Source: Bacteroidales bacterium (GTDB taxonomy: Bacteria > Bacteroidota > Bacteroidia > Bacteroidales > WCHB1-69). Taken from it: a DNA stretch of 64,000 nt. Numbering within the stretch: position 1 is the stretch's first letter; each line of letters opens with the position of its first letter. The position numbers and the translations under genes are program-made. Under the pieces are notes generated by a model that saw nothing but the letters and a program-made list of their open reading frames with translations, was not told where the DNA came from and ran no database searches. Shown here piece after piece: positions 24,464 through 34,332 of this stretch. The DNA lies in contig JBGUPJ010000036.1 of assembly GCA_045130235.1 (NCBI GenBank), forward strand, positions 24,142 through 88,141, in the 5' to 3' direction.

Positions 24464-25147
24464 ATGAAACAGATCCTCTCCTTTTTAGACCAGCTGATGC
24501 GCCACAACTACCGCGAATGGTTCATGGAACACAAGCAGGAGTATGTGGCCGCACAGACCCATTTCAACCAGTTTGCCGAACAGCTGATTGCGGAGGTCGG
24601 AAAATTTGATCCCTCCATCCGCGACCTGACCGTGAAAGACTGTACCTATCGGATTTACAAGGATATGCGTTTCTCGAAAGAGAAAATCCCCTACAAAACC
24701 CACATCGGAGCCTATCTTTGTCCGCATGGCAAAAAATCGGGATATGCAGGCTACTATTTTCATCTGGAGCCCTCAGAATCAGAAGATTACTCATTTGGCA
24801 ATATGTTGGCGGCCGGGTTGTACAATCCCACCCCGTCGTTGGCCATCGCCATCCGCGACAGAATCTTCAACGAAGGAGAGCTTTTCCGCCAAGCAGCGGC
24901 CGCTTGCGCCCAACATTATCACTGGAACGACAATGCTAAATATAAGCACGTTCCCAACGGCTTCCCGGAAGACGACCCCAATGCGGAATTCCTGAAACTC
25001 AAGACTTTCACGATTGCTGCCGAGTTACCCGACGAAATGGTTTTAGGGGACGAAAAGCGACTTTTGAAATTTGTGGTGGAACGCTTCCGCGAGGCCAAAC
25101 CCGTCAACGATTTCATCAACCAAGTGATTGAAGGAGGATGCTGGTAA
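24464..25147 (+). CDS. DUF2461 (TIGR02453) family protein
   Basis: FL.QL..HN.REWF..HK.EY and YRIYKDMRFSKEKIPYKTHIGAY match my recollection of the family. Confidence 0.7.
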   Translation: MKQILSFLDQLMRHNYREWFMEHKQEYVAAQTHFNQFAEQLIAEVGKFDPSIRDLTVKDCTYRIYKDMRFSKEKIPYKTHIGAYLCPHGKKSGYAGYYFHLEPSESEDYSFGNMLAAGLYNPTPSLAIAIRDRIFNEGELFRQAAAACAQHYHWNDNAKYKHVPNGFPEDDPNAEFLKLKTFTIAAELPDEMVLGDEKRLLKFVVERFREAKPVNDFINQVIEGGCW

Positions 25148-25201
25148 ACAGACATTAACATTTTTTAACTACCCATCTTGCTCTTATATTGAAAAATATC
25201 C

Positions 25202-25209
25202 TATCTTTG
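25202..25209 (+). promoter_or_regulatory. -7 box TATCTTTG for the second small lipoprotein gene
   Basis: 46 nt upstream of the ATG at 25255. Confidence 0.5.
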
Positions 25210-25254
25210 CACCCATAAAATATCATTTCATAACCTATTAAAAATTAAAGTATT

Positions 25255-25470
25255 ATGAAGAAAGTATTTGTAGCATTCGCCGCTATGGCATTTGTTTTCG
25301 GTTTCGCTTCTTGCGACAAGAAATGCACCTGCAAATGGTACAACAATGGCAAAGTTACTGCCACTCAGACCTACACCATCGACAAAGATTCTGACAAAAA
25401 ATGTTCAGACTATGCTACTTCCGCTATCGTGGATAACGGTAATGGCAAAACTGGTGTTGAATGCAAATAA
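25255..25470 (+). CDS. small Cys-rich lipoprotein (71 aa), paralog of 17148-17348
   Basis: MKKVFVAFAAMAFVFGFASC lipobox, then CDKKCTCK...KCSDY...KTGVECK. Cys spacing and C-terminus match the paralog. Confidence 0.7.
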   Translation: MKKVFVAFAAMAFVFGFASCDKKCTCKWYNNGKVTATQTYTIDKDSDKKCSDYATSAIVDNGNGKTGVECK

Positions 25471-25491
25471 GCATCCGAAACAACGACTAAA

Positions 25492-25519
25492 AGGCGCAGT
25501 TTTCACTGCGCCTTTTTTA
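25492..25519. terminator. bidirectional terminator between the small lipoprotein gene and mutY
   Basis: AGGCGCAGT-TTTC-ACTGCGCCT flanked by A-tract / T-tract. It overlaps the mutY stop codon. Confidence 0.7.
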
Positions 25520-26554
25520 TTGCTGAAAAACGAGTTGTAGAGCCCGCTCTGTCACTTTAGCCACCGCATAGTCGCGGAGACGGCCAACCGGCACGATCTG
25601 CTGGTGTTCTGAACATGGCGGCAGGCATTTCACACTCACCACATAGAAGTAGGCGAAGATCCTGCGGTGGGTAAGCTGATGCTGGGTTTGCCACACCTGA
25701 CTAGGTTTTTCTGTATATTCTATTTTATTATCATTCAAATAATTAATAATATCAAACTGCACTCCATCGAGTTCCACGAGTGGAAATTCGTACAGCTCGC
25801 GCCAGATATCATTTTCCGCGCGCCGTTGCACAATGGTTTGGTCGTTGTGCAGAAAGATAAGGTAATGGAAGTAGCGGTTCTTCACCGTGACCGTTTTCTG
25901 TTTGACAGGGAGTTGTTCCACCTGCTGGTGCTGAAAGGCGTAGCACTCTGACGCGAAGGGACACGTTGGGCAGTCAGGATTTTTGGGGGTGCACATCATG
26001 GCGCCCATTTCCATCATGGCCTGGTTGAAGTCGCCCGGGCGGTCGTTGGGAATCCACTTCTGGCAGGTGGTTTCCACGAGTTTGCGGGTGGCGGGGGCGG
26101 CGATATTGTCGAAGATGCCCTGGTAGCGCGCCACGAAGCGCAGCACGTTGCCATCCACGGCGGGATGGGGCAGGCCGAAGGCGATGGAGGCGATGGCCGC
26201 AGCGGTATAGTCACCCACGCCTTTCAGGTTTCGAATGGACGGATAGTCGGAGGGAAACACCCCGCCATGGTCGGCCACAATCTGGCGGGCGGCGGCATGG
26301 AGGTTGCGGGCGCGGCTGTAGTAGCCCAGTCCCTGCCACACCTTCAGCACCTCTGCTTCGGGGGCGGCGGCGAGGGAGGAGCAGGTGGGAAATGTCTCCA
26401 GAAAGCGGCGATAGTAGTCCATGCCCTGCACCACACGGGTTTGTTGCAGAATCACCTCCGAGATCCAGATGCGGTAAGGATCGGTTTCGCCGCGCCACGG
26501 CAAATCGCGCTTGTGGGTGTCGAACCAGTCGAGCAGGCGTTCTGTAAACATCAT
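25517..26554 (-). CDS. mutY: A/G-specific adenine DNA glycosylase
   Basis: Start trimmed to MMFTERLLDWFDTHKRDLPWRGETDPYRIWISEVILQQTRV. HhH-GPD LKGVGDYTAAAI and Fe-S Cys cluster CTPKNPDCPTCPFASEC are present. Confidence 0.88.
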   Translation of the reverse strand: MMFTERLLDWFDTHKRDLPWRGETDPYRIWISEVILQQTRVVQGMDYYRRFLETFPTCSSLAAAPEAEVLKVWQGLGYYSRARNLHAAARQIVADHGGVFPSDYPSIRNLKGVGDYTAAAIASIAFGLPHPAVDGNVLRFVARYQGIFDNIAAPATRKLVETTCQKWIPNDRPGDFNQAMMEMGAMMCTPKNPDCPTCPFASECYAFQHQQVEQLPVKQKTVTVKNRYFHYLIFLHNDQTIVQRRAENDIWRELYEFPLVELDGVQFDIINYLNDNKIEYTEKPSQVWQTQHQLTHRRIFAYFYVVSVKCLPPCSEHQQIVPVGRLRDYAVAKVTERALQLVFQQ

Positions 26555-26597
26555 TTTTGTGAAAAAGAAGGGGAAGCGATTGGCTTCCCCTATGCGA

Positions 26598-27602
26598 TTA
26601 GTTGTTGTCGATGATTTGGAAAAGCTCGTCGAGCTTGGGGGTGAGAATGATCTCGGTACGGCGGTTCTTGGCGCGGGCTTCCGGCGTGTCGGCGGGGTCG
26701 ATGGGGAAATACTCGCCACGGCCCGACGCTGAGATGCGCTGCGGGTCGATGTCGCCGTAGGAAAGGATGAGTTTCACCACGGAGGTGGCGCGCATCACAC
26801 TCAGATCCCAGTTGTCTTTCACCTGACCGCTGCCGTTGTAGCGGAGGTTGTCGGTGTGGCCTTCGATGAGCACGTTGATGGTGCTGTCGGCCTCCAACAC
26901 TTTGGCCAGCTCTTTGAGGGCTTCTTTACCTTCGCCTTGCACTTCCCAGCGGGCGGAGGCAAACAGCAATTTCTCATCCATAGAGACATACACCTTGCCG
27001 TTGCGTTGCTCCACCTTAAGGCCGCTACCCTCGAAGTTCTTGAGAGCGTTGCTCACCTTGTCTTTCAGGGCGCGCACTTCGGCATCTTTCTGGTCGAGAA
27101 TTTTCTGCAACTCGGCGAGGCGGCTGGCAAACTGGTTCAGCGAGTCCTGCTTGGCCTGCAATTCTTCGGACTGATATTCGAGGCGGCTCTGCATCTCTTT
27201 CAGCTCGTTCTCCTTGGCACGGAGCTGCATCTGGGCGCTGTCGAGGTTGCTGGACAATTCGGAGATGGCCGCTCCACTGTTTTTCGTCAGTTCTTTAATG
27301 TCTTTTGCCAGTTCATCGTAGTCGTGGCGCGACTTGGCGTATTCGGCTTCCGTCTGGGCCAGCTTGCGGCTCAGGTCGAGGGTGTCAGCCTTCAGTTGAT
27401 CTACTTTTGACTGCAGAGCGTTGACCTGACGATCCAAGTCTTTGTTTTTGTTCTGACAATCAGTAAGTTCCGTTTCAGAGAACCTTTTATCCTCCATACA
27501 CTCCTTATACTTGCCCTCTAATTCCAAATACTTTTGCTTGGTGACGCAAGAAGTGGCAAGGATAGCCATAACCGCCAATGCGGTAAACACAAATTTTCTC
27601 AT
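26598..27602 (-). CDS. OmpA-family lipoprotein with a long coiled-coil
   Basis: Lipobox AILATSC. A heptad-rich central region is followed by the C-terminal OmpA-like domain IEGHTDN...NWDLSVMRA...NRRTEI. Confidence 0.8.
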   Translation of the reverse strand: MRKFVFTALAVMAILATSCVTKQKYLELEGKYKECMEDKRFSETELTDCQNKNKDLDRQVNALQSKVDQLKADTLDLSRKLAQTEAEYAKSRHDYDELAKDIKELTKNSGAAISELSSNLDSAQMQLRAKENELKEMQSRLEYQSEELQAKQDSLNQFASRLAELQKILDQKDAEVRALKDKVSNALKNFEGSGLKVEQRNGKVYVSMDEKLLFASARWEVQGEGKEALKELAKVLEADSTINVLIEGHTDNLRYNGSGQVKDNWDLSVMRATSVVKLILSYGDIDPQRISASGRGEYFPIDPADTPEARAKNRRTEIILTPKLDELFQIIDNN

Positions 27603-27606
27603 TCCT

Positions 27607-28698
27607 TTACTGTTTGATAAATCCCTCTACTTTAATAACCTGGACAGGATTGGTAGGACTATTCGTAATTACTTCAAAATTGCTAAACTGTTTACCACGA
27701 CGGCTTTGTGCCTTGTAGGTCAGCTGAAGGGTAGCCGACTGACCCGGTTCGATGGTCATGCTCGACATGGTATAGGAAAGAGCGGGAAGGTTATTGGTAT
27801 CAATCTTTCGAATGATAAGGGGAGTTTTACCCGTATTGGTGATGGTAATCTCATCGGTAGCCACCTGTTTTTGAGCGATGGTATCGAATTTGAACACCAC
27901 CTTGCTATACACAGCCTTAGGAGCGCGGTCGAGTTCTTTCTGGGAAAGGCCGGAGAAGTCTTCTTGAATATTGACGGAGTAATGGATACATTTTTTCGCT
28001 TCAATGGTGTCGTTGGTAATCAACGCGATTCTGTCTTTCAAAGTACCCCAACCATTGCGGAGCGAGCCGTCGTATTTCAGCACGATGTATCCTTCTTGAC
28101 CGGCAGGTAGTTCGGGGCCGAAGCTACGGCCAACCTCTTGAATATAAGCTGGGAGCTCAGTTTGGATGGATGCTTTACGGCCATCTTCGAAGAAATTGCG
28201 AATCCAAAGCGTGTCGAAATGCGACTGCGTGTTGGTAGTACTAACATTGACCGTGTAGGATTTAACTCTAATTTCACCTTTACCAGCCTTATAACCAGCA
28301 AGTTCGTATTTTGTCGGAGGGCGTTTGATGACATTTCCTTTTATGAAAATGATGTAAGGAGACGTCACATCGGGCTCGTTGGTGGAAACCTTGATGTTTT
28401 TGTTGAAATTTCCGGGACGGTTCCACGGGTCATAAGTGGCATCGATGAAGCCGGTCTGTCCGGGGGCGACAGGTTCGCGGGTGTAGTTAGCAGCTGTACA
28501 ACCGCATCCAGGCTTCACATTCGTAAGAACCAAATCCTCAGTGCCCACGTTCTTGAAAATGAAACGAGCGGTTACTTTGCCACCCTCCTCGTGGATGTCG
28601 CCAAATTCATGTGTTTTCTTTTCAAACTCGATTTTCGGCTGGGCCATTGCACACAAAAAGGCCACCACCATTGTCAGAGATAAAACTAACTTTTTCAT
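27607..28698 (-). CDS. DUF1573 domain-containing protein (three repeats)
   Basis: Signal peptide, then FEKKTHEFGDIHEEGGKVTARFIFKNVGTEDLVLTNVKPGCGCT, the DUF1573 hallmark. Further copies lie downstream. Confidence 0.8.
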   Translation of the reverse strand: MKKLVLSLTMVVAFLCAMAQPKIEFEKKTHEFGDIHEEGGKVTARFIFKNVGTEDLVLTNVKPGCGCTAANYTREPVAPGQTGFIDATYDPWNRPGNFNKNIKVSTNEPDVTSPYIIFIKGNVIKRPPTKYELAGYKAGKGEIRVKSYTVNVSTTNTQSHFDTLWIRNFFEDGRKASIQTELPAYIQEVGRSFGPELPAGQEGYIVLKYDGSLRNGWGTLKDRIALITNDTIEAKKCIHYSVNIQEDFSGLSQKELDRAPKAVYSKVVFKFDTIAQKQVATDEITITNTGKTPLIIRKIDTNNLPALSYTMSSMTIEPGQSATLQLTYKAQSRRGKQFSNFEVITNSPTNPVQVIKVEGFIKQ

Positions 28699-28746
28699 GA
28701 TTGATATTTTAATTTACCTAATTACTCAATTTACAAAAAGCGGGTG

Positions 28747-28754
28747 CAAAAATA
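28747..28754 (-). promoter_or_regulatory. -7 box TATTTTTG for the DUF1573-OmpA-mutY gene string
   Basis: Reverse complement of CAAAAATA, 49 nt upstream of the ATG at 28698. Confidence 0.45.
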
Positions 28755-28826
28755 CTACTTTATTTTGTAACAATGCTTTCTTATTCATATTTTTTAAAAC
28801 AAAAACATTTAATAAAAATTTTTGCC

Positions 28827-28834
28827 TAAATTTG
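28827..28834 (+). promoter_or_regulatory. -7 box TAAATTTG for the ammonia-lyase operon
   Basis: About 89 nt upstream of the ATG at 28923. Confidence 0.4.
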
Positions 28835-28922
28835 CCGCTTGATTGGGTAAAGGGTGGAGAAGTTTAAATTATCAACGAAAGATTTTATAATAACTTTATA
28901 ATCAAGCAACTATTTTTTTGAC

Positions 28923-30431
28923 ATGCAGATTAGTGAGATTGAAAAAATTCTTTTTGAGGGAAAGAAACTCATCATCAATGCCGAAGAGCGTAACAGAATT
29001 GAACGCAGTTACAACTTTTTGAAAGAGTTTTCGGCTGATAAGATCATCTATGGCATCAACACTGGTTTCGGTCCGATGGCGCAATATCGCATTGCTGATT
29101 CGGATTTGATTTCTCTCCAATACAATATCATCCGCAGTCACTCAACGGGAGCAGGAGAGCCTTTCGATGAGATTTACGTGAAGGCAGCGATGCTGTCGCG
29201 CTACATGACCTTTGCCAGCGGCAAGTCGGGCGTGCACATCAGCGCCTTGGAGATGCTGGCAGCTTTCATCAACAACGGCGTTTATCCTTACATTCCGCAA
29301 CACGGCAGCGTGGGTGCCAGCGGCGACCTTGTGCAGTTGGCTCATCTCGCCCTGACGCTCATCGGAGAGGGACAGGTGTTCTACAAAGGCGAACTCCGTC
29401 CCACCGCCGAAGTGATGAAAGAGCTTGACCTCACCCCGTTCCAGCCGCACATCCGCGAAGGTCTGGCCCTGTGCAACGGCACCGCCATGATGACCGGCGT
29501 CGGCTTGGTGAACCTGCATTATGCCAAACGCCTCCTCTCGTTTGCTGTACTCGCTTCCGTGATGGTCAACGAGATTGCGGCCTCCTACGATGACTTCCTC
29601 GCCCCTGAACTCAACGACCTGAAGAACCACAAAGGACAGATGCGTATCGCTCAGTGGATGACCAATATAGCAGCTTCATCGCATCGTCTGCTGAAGCGCG
29701 AGGTGGAACTGTACCGTCCGCACGAAGAGGCCGTATTCAAACATAAAGTACAGCCTTTCTACTCACTGCGCTGCATCCCCCAAATTCTCGGTCCCGTGCT
29801 CGACACCCTCGACTTTTCGGAGAAAATTCTCGAAGAGGAGTTCAACGCAGTGGACGACAATCCGGTGGTGGATATCGAGACGCAGACCGTGTATCACGGC
29901 GGCAACTTCCACGGCGATTATATCAGTTTTGAGATGGACAAGATTAAGATTGCCGTCACCAAGCTGACCATGCTGATGGAGCGTCAGTTCAACTACTTGT
30001 GCCACGACAAAGTCAACGAGATCCTGCCTCCGTTCATGAACCTCGGCACCATCGGTCTGAACTACGGCGTACAGGCCATGCAGTTTACGGCCACCTCCAC
30101 CACAGCCGAATGCCAGACCCTTTCCAACCCGATGTGTGTACACAGCATTCCGAACAACAACGACAACCAGGATGTGGTGAGCATGGGCACCAACTCGGCC
30201 ATACTCGCCAAACGGGTAATTGAAAACGCCTATCAGGTGATGGCTATCCATCTTATCGGTATCGCGCAAGCTATTGATTGTCTGAAAATTAAAGAAGATT
30301 TATCAGAACAGTCGCGGACCTTATATCACGACATTCGCAATTTGGTGCCGGCCTTTGTGGAAGATACTCCGAAGTACGAAGAGATAGCCACAGTAATTGA
30401 CTTTTTGAAAAACCGCAAAATCGACTTTTAA
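28923..30431 (+). CDS. MIO-dependent aromatic amino acid / histidine ammonia-lyase family enzyme
   Basis: GSVGASGDLVQLAHLAL (the Ala-Ser-Gly MIO-forming triad), YGINTGFG, and QDPYSLRC-like VQPFYSLRC motifs. Confidence 0.85.
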   Translation: MQISEIEKILFEGKKLIINAEERNRIERSYNFLKEFSADKIIYGINTGFGPMAQYRIADSDLISLQYNIIRSHSTGAGEPFDEIYVKAAMLSRYMTFASGKSGVHISALEMLAAFINNGVYPYIPQHGSVGASGDLVQLAHLALTLIGEGQVFYKGELRPTAEVMKELDLTPFQPHIREGLALCNGTAMMTGVGLVNLHYAKRLLSFAVLASVMVNEIAASYDDFLAPELNDLKNHKGQMRIAQWMTNIAASSHRLLKREVELYRPHEEAVFKHKVQPFYSLRCIPQILGPVLDTLDFSEKILEEEFNAVDDNPVVDIETQTVYHGGNFHGDYISFEMDKIKIAVTKLTMLMERQFNYLCHDKVNEILPPFMNLGTIGLNYGVQAMQFTATSTTAECQTLSNPMCVHSIPNNNDNQDVVSMGTNSAILAKRVIENAYQVMAIHLIGIAQAIDCLKIKEDLSEQSRTLYHDIRNLVPAFVEDTPKYEEIATVIDFLKNRKIDF

Positions 30432-31159
30432 TGAAATATGCAATGGTAACGGGAGGCTCGCGCGGCATCGGCCGGGCGTGTTGTCTCCAATTGGCAGAGA
30501 TGGGCTATAACGTGATTATCAACTACGCCCGCAACCAGGAAGCGGCTGAAGAGACGCGCCGCTTGGTGGAGGAGAAGGGCGTGACGGCGGAGCTGATGCC
30601 GTTTGATGTGGCCGACGGCGCCGCGGCCGATGCCGCCGTAACCGCCTGGCAGGAGCAGCATCCCGACGACTATATCGCCATCTTGGTGAACAATGCCGGC
30701 ATCCGTCAGGATACCATGTTAGTATTTATGGAGGACCGCCAGTGGCACGATGTGCTGAACACCACGCTGAACGGCTTTTTCTACATCACCCGTCGGGTGG
30801 TGAAGGACATGCTGACGAAGCGGTGGGGCCGCATCGTGAATGTGGTGTCGCTCTCCGGCATCAAGGGACTGCCCGGACAGGTGAACTACTCGGCGGCGAA
30901 GGCGGCCATCATCGGTGCCACGAAAGCACTGGCGCAGGAGGTGGGACCGCGCAAGGTGACTGTCAACGCAGTAGCCCCCGGCTTCATCGCCACCGACATG
31001 ACGAAAGACCTCGACGAGGCGATGCTGAAGAAGCAGATCCCCTGTGGCCGGTTCGGAAAACCCGAGGAGGTGGCCGCACTGGTGGGCTTCCTTGCCTCCG
31101 ACAACGCCGCCTATATCAACGGCGAGGTGGTGTCGATTAATGGGGGACTGTATACCTAA
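30431..31159 (+). CDS. fabG: 3-oxoacyl-[ACP] reductase (SDR)
   Basis: VTGGSRGIGRA, NNAG and YSAAKAA motifs. The start overlaps the upstream stop (TAATG). Confidence 0.85.
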   Translation: MKYAMVTGGSRGIGRACCLQLAEMGYNVIINYARNQEAAEETRRLVEEKGVTAELMPFDVADGAAADAAVTAWQEQHPDDYIAILVNNAGIRQDTMLVFMEDRQWHDVLNTTLNGFFYITRRVVKDMLTKRWGRIVNVVSLSGIKGLPGQVNYSAAKAAIIGATKALAQEVGPRKVTVNAVAPGFIATDMTKDLDEAMLKKQIPCGRFGKPEEVAALVGFLASDNAAYINGEVVSINGGLYT

Positions 31160-31276
31160 ACTGAAAATTGAAAATTGAAAATTAAGAGGTGAGATGAAAG
31201 GATAAAGAGATTAATGATGCAAATCCCCCTTTCATTTTTAATTGTTAATTATTAATTGTTAATTGTTTATAACATC
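31160..31276 (+). repeat. modular intergenic element E (heptads, ATG module, TTAATTGTTAAT repeats; no palindrome)
   Basis: CTGAAAA TTGAAAA TTGAAAA TTAAGAG GTGAGAT, then GAAAGGATAAAGAG, then TTAATTGTTAATTATTAATTGTTAATTGTT directly before the KAS start. Confidence 0.8.
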
Positions 31277-32494
31277 ATGCGACGTGTAGTCATTACTGGA
31301 ATGGGAATTTGGTCGTGCCTCGGGAAGAACTTGGAGGAGGTGCGGCAATCGCTTTATCATGGAAAATCGGGCATCGGCATTGATGAGGAGAGAATCGCAT
31401 ACGGCTATCGCTCGCCGCTGACGGGCATTGTGGAACGGCCTGCGCTGAAGGGGCTGTTGGATCGCCGCTCGCGGGTGTGCCTGGCCGAGGAGGGCGAATA
31501 TGCCTATATGGCGACGTCCGAAGCGCTTCGTAACGCGCAGATTGACAGTGATTATTTGGAGAAAAACGAAATCGGCATATTGTACGGCAACGACTCATCG
31601 GCGAAATCGGTGATAGAGGCCCACATGCTGACATTGGAGACCAAAGACACCACCTTGCAGGGCTCTGGGGCGATTTTCCAGTCGATGAACTCGACGGTGA
31701 CGATGAACCTCTCGACCATCTTCAAGCTGAAGGGTATCAACATCACCATCAGTGCAGCGTGTGCCAGCGGCTCGCATGCCATCGGCTTGGGGCTGATGTT
31801 CATCCGGCAGGGCTTGCAGGACATGGTGATTTGCGGCGGCTCGCAGGAGGTCAACTACCTGTCGATGAGCAGCTTTGATGCCATCAGTGCGTTTTCCACC
31901 CGTATCAGCGACCCGACGAAGGCATCGCGTCCGTTCGACCGCGACCGCGACGGGCTGGTGCCGAGCGGCGGGGCGGCGACGGTGATTCTGGAAGAGTACG
32001 AGCACGCCGTGAAGCGCGGCGCGCCCATCCTCGCCGAGGTGGTCGGTTACGGTTTCTCCTCCAACGGCGCTAACATCTCGCAGCCCAGCGACTTGGGTTC
32101 CTGCATCGCCATGGAACGTGCTATGAGGGATGCAGGGGTGAGAGCGGAAGAGATCGACTATATCAACGCCCACGCCACCTCCACCTTGCAGGGCGATGCC
32201 TTCGAGGCCGACGCGCTCAACCACCTTTTCGGCGCACTGAAAACACCCATCTCCTCCACCAAATCGATGACGGGACATGAGTGCTGGATGGCGGGCGGCA
32301 GCGAAATCGTTTATTCTAACATTATGATGCTCAACGATTTCATCGCACCCAATATCAACTTCGAAAATCCTGACGAACATTCACAAAATTTAAATATTGT
32401 GAACCGCACGCAGGAGAAAAAAATCAACATCTACCTCTCCAACTCATTCGGATTCGGCGGCACCAACAGCGCGTTGGTCATCAAAAGAATCTGA
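31277..32494 (+). CDS. beta-ketoacyl-[ACP] synthase (KAS I/II family)
   Basis: Start trimmed to MRRVVITGMGIWSCLG. Active-site ACASGSHAIG is present, and the HATST / GHE..MAG His-His motifs follow. Confidence 0.85.
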   Translation: MRRVVITGMGIWSCLGKNLEEVRQSLYHGKSGIGIDEERIAYGYRSPLTGIVERPALKGLLDRRSRVCLAEEGEYAYMATSEALRNAQIDSDYLEKNEIGILYGNDSSAKSVIEAHMLTLETKDTTLQGSGAIFQSMNSTVTMNLSTIFKLKGINITISAACASGSHAIGLGLMFIRQGLQDMVICGGSQEVNYLSMSSFDAISAFSTRISDPTKASRPFDRDRDGLVPSGGAATVILEEYEHAVKRGAPILAEVVGYGFSSNGANISQPSDLGSCIAMERAMRDAGVRAEEIDYINAHATSTLQGDAFEADALNHLFGALKTPISSTKSMTGHECWMAGGSEIVYSNIMMLNDFIAPNINFENPDEHSQNLNIVNRTQEKKINIYLSNSFGFGGTNSALVIKRI

Positions 32495-32556
32495 AAATTA
32501 GAGATGTCGAGGCAACATTTTAGAATACCTTTTGTATAAGCAAGAGAAACGTCCGT

Positions 32557-33138
32557 ATGGTCAGCGACAGTGAGATTATCCGTAAGTGCAAGAATGGCAG
32601 TCGGAAACATCAGGCCATGTTGTACGAAAAGTACTCACCAGTGCTGATGGCGATCTGCATCCGGTACACCCGCTGCATGGAAGATGCCGAGGATTTGTTG
32701 CACGATACTTTCGTGAAAATCCTTACGAACATCGACTCCTGCGACGAGAACGGAAGCATCGGGGCGTGGATGCGCAAGATTGCGGTGAACACCTGCATTA
32801 ACGCATACCACAAACGGAAGAAAGAAGAGGGGGAGATTGATGCGGAGGATGTGGCGGAGACCATTCTCGACGTTCGGATACAGCAGAATGACTTCCTGTC
32901 GGAAGAGATTTTGCTGAGGTTCATACAAGAGTTGCCCGACGGTTACCGAACAGTGTTCAACCTTTTCGAAATCGACGGCTACTCGCATCAGGAAATTTCC
33001 GAGATGATCGGAAGTTCCTATACCACAGTAAGAACGCAGCTGTTTAAGGCCAAGCGTTCATTAAAACAGAAAATTGAAAAATATCTCGGCGAAGAGTTTA
33101 AGTATCACGTCGGGGTGAAAAAAGAGATAGAAGAATGA
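32557..33138 (+). CDS. ECF-type RNA polymerase sigma-70 factor
   Basis: Region 2 (YSPVLMAICIRYTRCMEDAEDLLHDTF) and region 4 (LPDGYRTVFNLFEIDGYSHQEISEMIGSSYTTVRTQL) are recognisable. Confidence 0.85.
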   Translation: MVSDSEIIRKCKNGSRKHQAMLYEKYSPVLMAICIRYTRCMEDAEDLLHDTFVKILTNIDSCDENGSIGAWMRKIAVNTCINAYHKRKKEEGEIDAEDVAETILDVRIQQNDFLSEEILLRFIQELPDGYRTVFNLFEIDGYSHQEISEMIGSSYTTVRTQLFKAKRSLKQKIEKYLGEEFKYHVGVKKEIEE

Positions 33139-34217
33139 AAGAACAGGAAATCGGAGAGATGTTCAAGAACCAACTGGCGGGCCACGAGGTGAAGCCCCAG
33201 CCGTCGGTGTGGGAGGGCATTGCCAACGACTCAGCGGTGAAGCGATTCAACCGCGGGCGGCAGTTCCGTTATTGGGGACTCCGCGCTGGCGTTCCGGCCC
33301 TGTTCACGGCTGCTGTCATCACAGCGGTGCTGTTGTTCCGTCCCACCCCGTCCACCAACGACACCAACATCTCGCAAAATCATGCTTCCAGCGCTCCCAT
33401 CGCCCAAACAGAAATTATCCAACAAAATACTGAGCAACAGATTATTAACACAAAAACCACTCCTCCTACTCCTGTACGCACTTCTCCCTCACAACCTTCT
33501 GCAAACACTGGCATCATCCCCGCTGAAGCGGCAACCGTGAACGACATCACCGCAGCAGAAACTTCTACCCTTCCCTCCCCCACTCCCACTGCCTCCACCA
33601 CCCCGCAGACCAAAACGCTTCCGGCTAACGGCGGCAACGGCAAACCCGACAATCCGCCCGTGCCCAACAATCCCGAACCGGAAGCGGTGCAGGTCACTGA
33701 CAATCACCCCACCACCAACCAGAAAGAAGATTTCCGTCTCACCTATAGTCACGACACGCTGGTGTGCCGCAACTCCAAGCTCACCCTTTTTGTCCACAAT
33801 GCGGATCACGTATTCTGGAGCTTTGGTTCCGATCTGGAGAGTGTGGATTTGATTGTGGAGGAGAACACCCGCGTAGAGGCGACCGTACACACCAAGGAGG
33901 GCAAGGACACGACCATCCGTGTGAACATCACAGTATGCGACTGCGAGCTGTTCATTCCGACGGCCTTCACGCCCAACGGCGACGGTTTGAACGACGAGTG
34001 GCTGGTGTACGCGCCGGCCGGCATCACCGACTTCGAGTGCATGGTGTACGACAAGGCCGGAACGCTGCTGTTCCACACCCGCAGCATTCATCAGGGCTGG
34101 AACGGCATGAACAACGGAAAGTACCTGCCGGCAGGCGGTTACTTCTACAGCTGCCGTTACCGCGATGAGTTAGGCACCCAGCACGTTCAGAAAGGCCAGG
34201 TAACGTTGGTGCGGTAA
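33135..34217 (+). CDS. anti-sigma-like single-pass membrane protein ending in a T9SS type B (CHU_C) sorting domain
   Basis: ATGA overlap with the sigma stop. About 45 cytoplasmic residues are followed by the TM segment GVPALFTAAVITAVLLF and a ~130-aa Pro/Thr/Ser/Asn linker. The C-terminus reads FIPTAFTPNGDGLNDEW...GGYFYSCRY...GQVTLVR. Confidence 0.6.
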   Translation: MKEQEIGEMFKNQLAGHEVKPQPSVWEGIANDSAVKRFNRGRQFRYWGLRAGVPALFTAAVITAVLLFRPTPSTNDTNISQNHASSAPIAQTEIIQQNTEQQIINTKTTPPTPVRTSPSQPSANTGIIPAEAATVNDITAAETSTLPSPTPTASTTPQTKTLPANGGNGKPDNPPVPNNPEPEAVQVTDNHPTTNQKEDFRLTYSHDTLVCRNSKLTLFVHNADHVFWSFGSDLESVDLIVEENTRVEATVHTKEGKDTTIRVNITVCDCELFIPTAFTPNGDGLNDEWLVYAPAGITDFECMVYDKAGTLLFHTRSIHQGWNGMNNGKYLPAGGYFYSCRYRDELGTQHVQKGQVTLVR

Positions 34218-34258
34218 GACAATATATATTACCCCTCCGTTCAAATCCAAATTTTTCG

Positions 34259-34266
34259 TATTTTTG
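34259..34266 (+). promoter_or_regulatory. -7 box TATTTTTG for the C10 peptidase gene
   Basis: 67 nt upstream of the ATG at 34333. Confidence 0.45.
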
Positions 34267-34332
34267 CCGCTCGAAAATCTGTGCGGAGAGCACCCGTTTT
34301 CATCATTTTCATCCAAAATTATCATCAAAAAA

